Origin: Podarcis erhardii
Lineage: Eukaryota
Direction: 5' to 3' (one strand)
DNA: 64,000 nucleotides
NCBI GenBank assembly: GCA_964252035.1
Contig: OZ176206.1
In this document: positions 35,601-47,600 of the stretch, piece after piece
Position numbering within the stretch: the first letter of the stretch is position 1
How the letters are laid out: each line of letters begins with the position of its first letter
The notes under the pieces: model-generated
Told to the model about the DNA's origin: nothing
Databases searched by the model: none
What the model saw: the letters and a program-made list of their open reading frames with translations, nothing else
Made by a program: the position numbers and the translations under genes

Positions 35601-38600
35601 GCGTCCACCTCTGCAGGGCTCCTCTGCATGTCCCCACGAGGGTTGGAATGTCGTCCATTTAGTGATTTTCTACTCGCACTTATAAGCAGCTGTTAGTGTC
35701 CCGAAAGACAGCCGGCAAGCCTGGTGAAATGGAAGTAGAATTCTTCTGCAAGTTTGAGTCTATTGGTTCAGGACTCAATGTTGACAAAGGTCCCCCCTCC
35801 CGTAGGTGTTCAGTGTATTGCACACTGACTGGCAGCTGCTCTCTGGGGTTTTGGGCAGGAGTCTCTCTCAGCCCTACCTGGAGATTCTGGGGATTGAACC
35901 TGGGACTTTCTGAATGCAAAGCAGATGCTCTACCACTGACCTATGGCCTATCCCTAAAGGCTATGAAGGCTGTGTTGTTATTATCAGTTACAGCTGTTTT
36001 AAATGATCATCATCTACACATTTTATGATTCTCACAGAAACTTTGCACAGGCTGTACCAATTGTGTTTTGTGATGTTTGGGTCATATGGTTAATTCTACT
36101 CCACCCCAAGCATACCTATCAGAATCTTAGAGTTGGGAGGGTTTTAAGGGTCATTTAGTCCAACCCTTCAATGCAGAAACCTCGCCTAGAGCATCCATGA
36201 CAAGATGGCCATCCAACCTCTGCTTAAAAACCTCCAAGGAAGAAGAATCCACTGTCTCTCTAGGGAGTCTTTTCCACTGCTGAACAGCTCTTACTGTCAG
36301 AAAGTTTTTCCTAGTGTTTAGTCGGAATCTCCTTTATTGCAACTTGAAGCCATTGGTTTGAGTCCTATCCTCCAGAGCAGGAGAAAATAAGCATGTTCCC
36401 TCCTCCATGTGACAGCCCTTAAGATATCTGAAGATGGCTACCATATCTCCTCTCAGTCTCCTCTTTTCCAGGCTAAACATACCCAGCTCCTTCAAGCACT
36501 CCTCATAAGGCTTAGTTTCCAGACCCTTGATCATCTTGGTTGTCCTCCTCTGCACACCTTCCAGCTTGTCAACAGCCTTCTTAAATTGTGGTGCTCAGAA
36601 TTGGACACAGTATTCCAAGTATGGTCTGACTAAGGCAGAATAGAGTGGTGCTATTACTTGCTTTGATCTGGACACTATGCTTCCATCGATGCAGCCTAGA
36701 ATAACATTAGCTTTTTTTGCTGCTGCATCACACTGTTGGCTCATGTTGATCTTGTGAAGGATTCCAGGATTCAAAGTAACTGTGACTGTGGTTCAGAACA
36801 GAACAATTAGCTGGATCACCTAATGCAGGATCCTTGCAGGAAGGCATGATACAGCTGTTCCCAATGCTAAGTGTGGGGAGGGAGGGAATGATGGAGGGAG
36901 AGGCGCACACACACAGAGAGACGTCAACAGACAGGCAGACAGAGGAGGGAGCTATGCATATGAGTGGAAATTGCACTGTGGACAGAGCAGAAGCCAAGTA
37001 ATTTTCATGGCAGTCACAAAGGGTGTGAGTAGAACACCTTTCTAGTGAACAGCTTGCCTAACAAGTTGAGCAGCTTGGGCAAGTAGCTACTCAAGAAGCT
37101 GGATGACACATCCTATACTTCAAAAGGCCCCCATTTACCAGGGACAACCTAAATTTTTTGGTACCTGCTTATGATCAACTGCTGTCCCTTGTCTTTCGGG
37201 GATGCCTTTTAAATATTTGTTCAAGAGCACAAATGGATGACTGTTGCCTGTCTTTAGGTTTCAGCCCCATCCTCATGATCTATAGAAGTTAAATCTCTGT
37301 GGAGATGAGGGAGATGGGCCGATACCTTTTGAGGTCCAGCTCCGAGAGCCTTCTGGCGGTTCCCTCACTGTGAGAAGTGAAGTTACAGGGAACCAGGCAG
37401 AGGGCCTTCTCGGTTGTGGTGCCTGCCCTGTGGAACGCCCTGTCAGATGTCAAGGAAATAAACAACTATCTGACTTTCAGAAGACATCTGAAGGATGAGG
37501 GAAGTTTTTAATGATTGATGTTTTAATGTATTTTTAATATTTTGTTGGAAGCCACCCAGAGTGGCTGGGGAAACCCAGCCAGATGGACGGGGTATAAATA
37601 GAGTATTGTTGTTGTTGTTGTTATTTATTAAACAGTGTTCGAAATTAGGCAGGCACCAGGTGCATTGTGACCAAGCGAAGATGCCTGGGCACTAGGATGG
37701 TGCCTGACATCCCCACCCCAGGAGGTACATGCCTGGGCATCATTGGATCTGGATTGCTTTCACATACTAGCAACACATCCTGTAGAATTCTATTTGCACA
37801 ATCAGAATGAATTTCAGGAACCAAAATTATTTTTCTGCGCAACCTGAGCAGGATTGGTGAACATTATACAGTGGTACCTCGGGTTAAGTACTTAATTCGT
37901 TCCGGAGGTCCATTCTTAACCTGAAACTGTTCTTAACCTGAACTTTAGCTAATGGGGCCTCCCGCTGCCGCCGCGCCAGTAGAGCACGATTTCTGTTCTC
38001 ATCTTGAAGCAAAGTTCTTAACCTGAAGCACTATTTCTGGTTTAGCAGAGTCTGTAACCTGAAGTGTATGTAACCTGAAGCATGTGTAACCTGAGGTACC
38101 ACTGTAGTTAATTGTTGTAGCTTGTCTTCACTTACCCCACCCCACTCCCCTGTTCACAGTTGTGAAGAATATTATTAAGTTATGAATGATCTGTGTCACC
38201 ATTAAGAATAAAAGGTAGGAATAGGCCAATACATATATGTGTTTGGATTGTCCCTGGATCAAGTGACTTTTCTTCTTTAAGTTCTTAGATTTCTTAACCT
38301 ATATCAAGGTTGTCATCTGAACTAGCCAGATATTTATCTATCATTTGAAAAATAAGACTTGAGAGCCACCTTGCCCCAAAATTGCAACTAAACACTCTGT
38401 TTTGGTGACTGTAACCTTGGTTTAAGAAACCATTTGGCGCCTGGCTTTCTGACTTTCTAACACTGGAATTCATAACTATCTTGTTTCTTGAGAAAAACTG
38501 TGCTTTGATGCATTTTCGCCCAACTCGGCTTCAATCCAAATAGAGAGAAGGGACAACCTTGCTGTGTTTTAAGCTGATGGTATGTATACAGCCCCATATC

Positions 38601-41600
38601 AGCAGCCCTTGCCAACTACCTGTCTCAGAAAAGATTGAACCCAAGAAACAAGATGGGAGGTGTGAGAACAAACTGAAGGATGGGGGCAAGCTAGTGCTCT
38701 CTGTGTCTTCTTTCTCCCTCCCTGCAGATGTGGTTGTGGTGGAGATGAGCAACAGCCTGTGCCAGCCCTCGCTCTTCTATCACCTGGGGGTGAGGGAGAG
38801 CTTCAGCATGACCAACAACATCCTCCTGTGCTGCTACACTGATTTTCCGGAGCTGCAGGCTCTCCGGGTGAGTCGGGGATGCAATTCAATTCTACAGGTG
38901 GAGTCTGTTCATGGAGATTGCTTTGAGACGCTGGACTACCCAGAAAAAGGGCCACTTAATCAGATCAGAGGAACATCTGTAGGGCAGGAGTGGGCTGCCT
39001 TTAGACTTGCTAAACAGTTGGGATTTGAGGAAACCCTTCATGCAGGGGAATAGTTAGGCAGTTTTAGAATCTGGACTTTCTGGGGCATCTGTCTTTTGGT
39101 AGAAATATGTGCAGTGTCCGTCCCGCCCGCTTTCTTCAAAATAATGGTCAGCCAGCCCTGCTGCATTTGTAGTGCCCTCCTGCTCATTTTGTGGGTGGTG
39201 GTGGGGAATCCTGGACCTTTGCCCCAAAGTCCTGCTCTGATATCATCACTGACTTGATGATCAAGACACTTAGAATCTGCTCTGAAAGATTGAAGTGAGG
39301 ATAGGAGGAGTTTCTTAAATGTTTCATTTGCAGCGATTGTTCTGCTGAAATGTTCCCCCAAGTGTGTTTTTGTGTGTAATGGAGAACACGGGTGTGAGTG
39401 CATGTATGTGTGGCAGATGACAGATTTTGTCAATGGAAAAAAAACAAAGTTGACGAGTATCCTGTAGGATACGGCCCTTAGAGGGAGATTTACCCCCAGG
39501 GCAACTTTTGTTTGTTTGATTGATTGATTGATTGATTGATTCAAGTGCCTTCTGTCCTGCCCATCCTCCAGTCTGCAGGACAGGGTGGCTAAGAACTTTA
39601 TAGATGAACTTTATCATAGAAGATAAAGTCATAACAGCAACCATTCAGCAACAAATAATATCAGTAAAACTGCACCTAAAAATAGTTTATTCCCTTCTAC
39701 GAATGCTTGATGGGTATAAAATATCTGCAGCCATCTTGCAAAAAGAAGCCTTCCTCCATCTCCCACTGCTGCCCAGATACAGATTGTGTCAAGCAAGCAG
39801 GCAAGACCTTCAACATGTAAGGCTTAAATCAGTCCTACAGCAATCTAGCTATAGGCCAGTGGAGAGTGGGGAGAGACAGATTCTCTGGGAAGCTGCTTTA
39901 TGCTGAGTCAGACTATTGGTGCATCTAGCTCAGTATTATCTCCAAAGGGGTATTTCTAAGCCCAGCTTGGAAATTTCAGGGGTTGAATTTAGGACCTTCT
40001 GCATGCAAAGTGTGTGCTCTCCGAAGAAGCTGGTGCTTTCACTTTCAAAATTGTGAAAGTTTTTCTCTTAACAGCTACTTGCTGCATTAGGATGCAGTTC
40101 TGTGCATGCCAGAAGTCCTCTTCTGACCTTAATGCTTCTGTATTACCTAACATGGAAGTGGGGAGACCCTTTTGTAGCCCAGTCCCCTATGGTCCACCTG
40201 AACAGCATGACCACCTGTCCCCACAGAGCCTTTCTGTATGCAGGTATATGCACAAAGGTTCCCATGCGACCCAGGACCCCAATCACCCAGATTTCCAGCT
40301 CACATGGAATCCTTCTTTTGTACAGCTGTGCATGTACAAAAGGCCCAGATGGTCAAGATGTTCACACAGACTCTATGGGGCAGTGCTACCTGGTACATTC
40401 CCAGTCCCATACTGAGTAACATAGAAGCACTGATGACTGAAGAGGGCAAGAGCAGGGATGAGGAACGCTTTTCAACCTGAGGGCCACTTTCCTTTATGGA
40501 CAACTTTTGTACAGTAGGCTAGTTTCTACACACAAACACACCAACCTTTTCCCTCCATTTTGGTAAGCAAGATGTATTGTAAGAGTTTAAAGACACATTC
40601 TAGCCAGGCAAATGCACTCAAGGAGGTTGCAGAGCCGAGCCTATAAGGGGTGTGGTCTGGGGAGAGTCCCAGTAGCCAGACAGAGAAGCCTGGGGGGTTG
40701 CATTCAGCATCCAGGCTTGACATTTCCTGCCCCACTTACAACCCATTTAGAGCAAAAGACCCTCTTCAGATTTGGCACATGCTGCACTGCATAAGGTAGT
40801 ACATTGTAGAAAAGCTGCATCATCTCACACAGATGATGTGAAGAAGAAGAGGAGGAGTTTGGATTTGATATCCTGCTTTATCACTACCCGAAGGAGTCTC
40901 AAAGCGGCTAACATTCTCCTTTCCCTTCCTCCCCCACAACAAACACTCTGTGAGGTGAGTGGGGCTGAGAGACTTCAAAGAAGTGTGACTAGCCCAACGT
41001 CACCCAGCAGCTCCACGTGGAGGAGCGGAGACGCAGAACCCGGTTCACCAGATTACAAGACTACCGCTCTTAACCACTACACCACACTGGCTCTCAGTGC
41101 AACATATTAATGCATGATAACACTTGCAAGAATTGCTTTGGATTCCCCTTTGGGGGGTTGCCTGTGCGTAGGAGCAGCAAGCTCTAATGAGTTTGTGGTT
41201 ACTCTGCATGATCTTGTACTAACAGCTATCTAATGTGATAAGGAAACATCGCACGGCTGCAGCATGGCAAGAGAGCAGCTTCCGTAGAGAGCTCATTATC
41301 TTACTGTTACCTACATGTGACCAAACCCTTGTGCTCTTCATTAGCGTATCAGAAGTAAAGACCACTCCAGCTTCGTTCTGTGTAGTCGTGCAACCCATCC
41401 AGATCAGGATTGATGTTTTGTCTTCTAAGCACATATGGAAGCTATCAGGGGAAGAATTGATGCGCCCCTGGTGCAAGTATGATAAATGGCTTAATAGTGT
41501 GATCCTATGCATGCCTAGGGCTAGCCGATCAGAAGGTCAGCGGTTCGAATCCCCACGACGGGGTGAGCTCCCATTGTTCGGTCCCTGCTCCTGCCAACTT

Positions 41601-44600
41601 AGCAGTTTGAAAGCATGTCAAAGTGCAAGTAGATAAATAGGTACTGCTCCAGCAGGAAGGTAAACAGCGTTTCTGTGTGCTGCTCTGGTTCGCCAGAAGC
41701 AGCTTAGTCATGCTGGCCACATGACCCGGAAAAACTGTCTGCGGACAAACGGCGGCTCCCTCGGCCAGTAAAGCGAGATGAGCGCCGCAACCCCAGAGTC
41801 GTCCACAACTGGACTTAACGGTCAGGGGTCCCTTTACCTTTATGCATGCCTACTCAGAAGTAAGCCCCGGTAAATTTAAGGGGTATTGTATCCAAGTAAG
41901 TGTAATTTACAAGTAATTTACACTACAAGTAAGTGTAGGGACGCGGGTGGCGCGCCTAGGACTTGCCGATCGTATGGTCGGCGGTTTGAATCCCCGCGGC
42001 AGGGTGCGCTCCCATCGTTCGGTCCCAGCGCCTGCCAACCTAGCAGTTCGAAAGCACCCTCGGGTGCAAGTAGATAAATAGGTACTGCTTACCATCGGGA
42101 AGGTAAACGGCGTTCCGTGTGCTGCGCTGGCTCGCCAGATGCAGCTTGTCACGCTGGCCACGTGACCTGGAAGTGTCTGTGGACAGCGCTGGCTCCCGGC
42201 CTATAGAGTGAGATGAGCGCACAACCCTAGAGTCTGGCAAAACTGGCCCGTACGGGCAGGAGTACCTTTACCTTTACCTAAGTGTAATTTCAGCCATTCA
42301 AGAGTGGGATCCTAGATATGGAGAAAGATAACCTACCATCTAAGTTCCTACCATTAACAAAGCTGGAGATTAATTTTTGGTGGGACATTAGATAAAGGGT
42401 CAATAGAGGCCAAACTGGACAGTATTGCCTAGTGATTGAAGGACACTTTACCTCCATAATAAGCAGAGTCTTTTTGTTTGACTGGAATGGGTCCTTGAAT
42501 CATGATAATGCCTCTTGCTTGCCTGGATGTCGTGTGTGTGTCTGTAGAAGCCTTCGACTTTTGCACGGCTTGAATGTAGCCTGTTGTGCAAAGGGACATT
42601 CATTGTTTCATCAGTTTTAAAAAAACACCCCAATGGGCTTTGAGCACCCAGGCAGCAGACTAAGTAGATCACCTGCTCACAATCTTCCCCACTAGCATGA
42701 AACGGATTGCATTTGTGCTTAAATTATAGTGACGCATTCATACGGATCAGTTAGCGGAAGCCATTTTTATGGAGGTCTGTGGTGATGCATTTCTACTCCT
42801 CCTTGGTGATGTGTAAACAGCCACTCTAGGAGCGTGACTTTGTGGCATGCGTTGAGGCCCAGGAGGCTTCCAGAGAAAGTGATGCATTAAGTCACTGGAA
42901 GGAGACCTTCTTGCCTCACTTCCTGCAGGCATGGGTTTTCAAGATAGGCAACCAAGTTCAAGGGAGGCTTCTGGCCTGCTATGGCATCACACAGAAACAC
43001 ACCGGAAACCGGAAACACACCGGAAACAAGCCTGCAGGAAGTTCTTGTGCTTCTTCAGAAAGTCTATGGATTTGAAACCCTTGGTGGTGCTGCCTTGCTG
43101 AACCCCTGCAGTTCCTGAAAGTTTTAATAGCTTACATGTATTCTGTACATTGTCCCTAACAGCTGCTTTTAATTTTTTCAATGTATTTATTACTACAGTT
43201 ATATGGTGCCTTTTATATGCCACTATAGTTTACCCCTCTGAGAGTTATATGGTCGTACCTTGGAAGTCAAATGGAATCCGTCCTGGAAGTCCGTTTGACT
43301 TCCAAAACATTCGGAAACCAAAGCGCAGCTTCTGATTGGCTGCAGGAAGCTCCTGCAGCCAGTCGGAAGCCGTGGAAGCCCCGCCAGACATTCATCTTCC
43401 AAAAATAGTTCACAAACTGGAACAGTCACTTTTGGGTTTGCGGTGTTTGGGAGCCAAAACATTCAAGAACTAAGCTGTTTGAAAACCAAGGTACAACTGT
43501 AATTCCCAGCAAACTTTAGCAGAATACACTGGGGATATGTGTGTGTGTTCTTCAGTTGTGTTTTCAAGTATGGTGTGTACACAGTCTTAATCAGCCTTTG
43601 AGTAAATCCAGTTTGGCTCTTTGGTACCAGCAGCTAATGATAACCTCCCCTTGCCTTTCTCCTTTCTAGGAGGAGATCTTCCAGAAGAATTCAGTAAGTC
43701 CCACTTGGTTTTCTGACCATGCACCATATGAGACTCATGATCTGTTTCTGGGAATTGAGCACAGTGAGCCTCACAGAACATAGTGGGGGCTTCTCCGTAA
43801 ACGTGTATAAGGTTGCACTGTACATGATTTATTATCTATCCAACTCGGCTGTTTCAGCTTTTGGAACACGCATGGCAAAATCCTTATGGTTGAATTTAAA
43901 AAATATATGTTGGAGACTGGGTAGTTTGCAAAGTGAAATAGCAAGTATGTTTTCCAAAAGCCACCACCATCACCCCACCCAAACAGTGCGGGGGAACTGA
44001 ACTAAGAAGAGAAAGGGATTTGCTATTTGAAAGAATACCATTACATTTGTATGTTGCCTCCTTTCAATCCATAAAGCAGAGTTGGGAAACCTTTGGCCCT
44101 CCAGCTATTGGACTACAATTCCCATCATGACGGACCACTGGCTATGTCAGTTGGGGCTGATGGGAGTTGGAGTCGAGCGACATCTGGAGAGCCAAAGATT
44201 CCCCAGCCCTGCCATATAGGTTCACCAAAAAACTTGTCCATGTTGGTTCAAGTTTTGGGCACAATTTTTGGAAACCAAAAATGCTATTTTTCTTTGCTGC
44301 TTAGATAAATTGCCCCCACCCTAATACTGCTCAAAATTCATGTGTTGGACAGTTTTGCGCCCCACGAAATGGGTACATACTACCTCTAGTAGGTCTGCTT
44401 ATTTGTTTATTTATTACATAGATGGGGAACCTGTGGCTTTCCAGTTGTGGTTGGACTCCATCTCCCATCATTCATTGCCCATACTGGCTGGTGCAAATGG
44501 GAGTTGGAGTCAGTATCTGGAGAGGCACAGGTTTCCCATTCCATATTTATGGCATTGCATTGCATTACTGAACTGTAACTCCCATCAGCTTCATCAAGCA

Positions 44601-47600
44601 TGGCCAATGGCCAGGGATGATGGGGGTTGTAGTTCAGCAACATCTGGAAGGCCAGAGGTTCCCCACACTTGCCTTGTATCCTGTTTTTCTTCCATAATGG
44701 GCCTCAGGGTGGTCTTCTACCCAGGCAATGACCAGACCTGCTTAGCTTTGTGAGGTTTCTGCATCATGTGCCTTCAGACCACATAGCTTTGATCCTTATC
44801 TTGCTGATCTGAGCAGATTTCCCAGAATAGAAACAGTTCCTAGAGAAGAGGTGGCAACACTTATTTTACTGCCACCTCAGCTAATAGTTTAATTCTGACC
44901 CAGAACTCAGCTCCAGAACCAGTGAAGGTAAAGTGGAAGGCCTATAAGTCTTCCTTTCCCCAAAAGGCACGTGAAAGATTTAAAACAAAAGAATAACGTA
45001 ATCTTCAACTTCCAGGAGGATGCCAGTGCAGGTGTATTTTTGGGTTTTCTTTTTTTTGACATAACAAAATAAAAAAATTCCTTCCAGTAGCACCTTAAAG
45101 ACCAACTAAGTTAGTTCTAGGTATGAGCTTTCGTGTGCATGCACACTTCTTCAGACTTTTTTTTGACATGTTCATAGTGCCATGTGTGTTTTAGAACTGG
45201 GTGTGTGCAGGGATCATAGCATTAATTCTCTTTTAGGATGGCAATGGCAGCTATACCTTAATCCCCTACGTGGTGGCAGCCCAGAACAAGGTCTTCTGCT
45301 GCGACCCGAATGCGATGATATGCCTGAGCGAGCTTTGCCAGCCTAATAACTTCACCATGGAGGCCTTCTTCACCCCCCTGACGGCGCAGCTTGCAAGGCT
45401 GCTGGAGGGCACCTCCACCAACACCTGGTAACACACACACCCCAGTCATCTTTCAATACATGAACTCAACTAGCGCAGCAACGGGAGTTAGGTGTGCCCT
45501 CCCAGGATCACACTCCTCACCGGACATCCTCCACACTCTCCCCAGCTGCTTTTGCCCGGCTGAAGAAGTCCTTGCACTGTGATCTTGCCTAGGTAGTAGA
45601 GGATGGAGGTGTGTGTGTGAGAGTGCAAGTTTCTGCAACGTGGTTTTCCTGGTGCGAAAAGAGCTTTTAAGCTCCCTGCCTTGCTTGCCAGGCAAGGCCC
45701 TCTTGGTGTGGCGGCTCTGGAAGCCTGCAGATGGTCGTGTGGGAACTCAAGCGACCCCACAAAACCTCAAGAAGAGAATATCCCAGCTTATTCGTATTTC
45801 TGTCCAAAGGTATTTTGGGGAGGTTGTTTTAGCAGTTGGCGCATCTGGCGTGATAACTTCCAGATTAACAGTAAAATTCTACAACCCGCTCCACTCATTG
45901 TCACAGGTTTTTGCCGTAGCAAAAAGGGCGCAGCATTCAGGCCTAGCTTATGCGTTATCTTGGTGGGGTCCTTGCCGGACTCGCCCATTGCCTTACACGG
46001 GAAGCTGCCTCATACCAAGTCAGACAATTGGTTCCTCTAGCTGAGTATTGTTAGCAGTGACTGGCAGTGGCTCTCCAGGGGGCATTTCTCAGCCAGGGGG
46101 CATTTAGCGATGCCAGGGGTTGGACTTGGGACTTTCCGCATGCAAAGTACTGGGCTATGATTTCTTGCTGGGCCTTGTGTGTCTTCATAGTTTTCCTAGT
46201 AACCATGTAAGCTGTTCTTTCTTTTTTACTGCAAAACTGAGATGTTCGAGATTCCGTAAAAAGATACCAGGGTCGTCTTGATCCTCTGCATTCTGTTATC
46301 GGTGCCCTAATCATAGCTGGGGCAGATTCTTAGAATTGCTGAGGACGGCTTGTAACTCACAGCAGTTCTCAAGAATCCCGGGAGGTGCAGCAGAATCAAG
46401 TGCAGCATTTCACTGAGTTCAAGTTAGAGTACCAGGAAAGACGGCCTTCCAGCGAGTTAAGGGGAAGGATTATGACACACTACCTTTGGAGAAGCACGGG
46501 CAGCCCCAAGAAAGAGGGAAAGCCTATTGCTTAATAAGAGTGGGTACTTGAACCTGTTGAACTCTGGCCACACCCTCTCCTTACATTTAAGGCTGTCTCA
46601 TTCCACTTTACAGTGGTACCTCGGGATGCGAACGGGATCCGTTCCGGAGCCCTGTTCGCATCCTGAACATAACGTAAGACACAACAGCGTGTCTGCGTGT
46701 GCGTGGGTTGCATTACGCCGCTTCCGCTTATGCATGTGATGTCATTTTGACCGCCTGTGCATGCGTGAGTGGCGAAACCCAGAAGTAACACACTCCGTTA
46801 CTTCCGGGTTGCCGTGGAGCGCAACCCGAAGGCGCTCAACCTGAAGTGTATTTATCCCCAGGTATGACTGTATATATTTTTCTCCCTTTTCATAAAAAAA
46901 TAATGCCACTTCAAACAGTCATAGATTGCCTCAAATAATCCTGGGAACTCTAGTTTGTAAAAGGTGTCGAGAGTTGATAGGAGACCCTCTATTCCTCTCA
47001 CAGTCCTACAGTTTCCCAGGGTGGTTTAACAATCAATCCAGTGAAACTGCATGGCTGGGTGAGAACTAGCTCTTCTAGAGACAGATCTGGTTTTATGAAT
47101 GATCTAGGTGAGGTGGTAACCATTACCCTGCAGGGGATATAATTACAGAAATGCCGCACATCTTGATGGCCGAGGTGTAGCATGCTGAGCTGGCAAATGG
47201 AGAAATACTGGACAAAAAAGGTTCTTGTTCAAGGGTAGCTGTGAGCTTCTGAAGGAAAACAGGAAGTTGCAGCAGAGGAGCAGCTGAGGACAGGGCAGCC
47301 GCACAGTGTCATGCAAGACTTAAGTGAGGGGGTGGTGGTGGCAAGGCCTATAGCTGATGCAGGGAGATGCTGTTCCTCTGTGGTATTCCATGCACTTACG
47401 AACCTCCAAGCCCTGGATGGTTTTCTTAACGTAAGAAAAAGTGCTTGCTGGATCGTTTAGTCTACCACCCTGAAACAGAGCAAAAACACATGGCAGTTTC
47501 CTGTGTTCCAGAATGAATGGCGCAGGAGAACAGCATTTCTCATCCCCAGAACTTAAATACACTGCGTACACTCCCTCCCAGTAAGCTGTTAGACTTGGGG

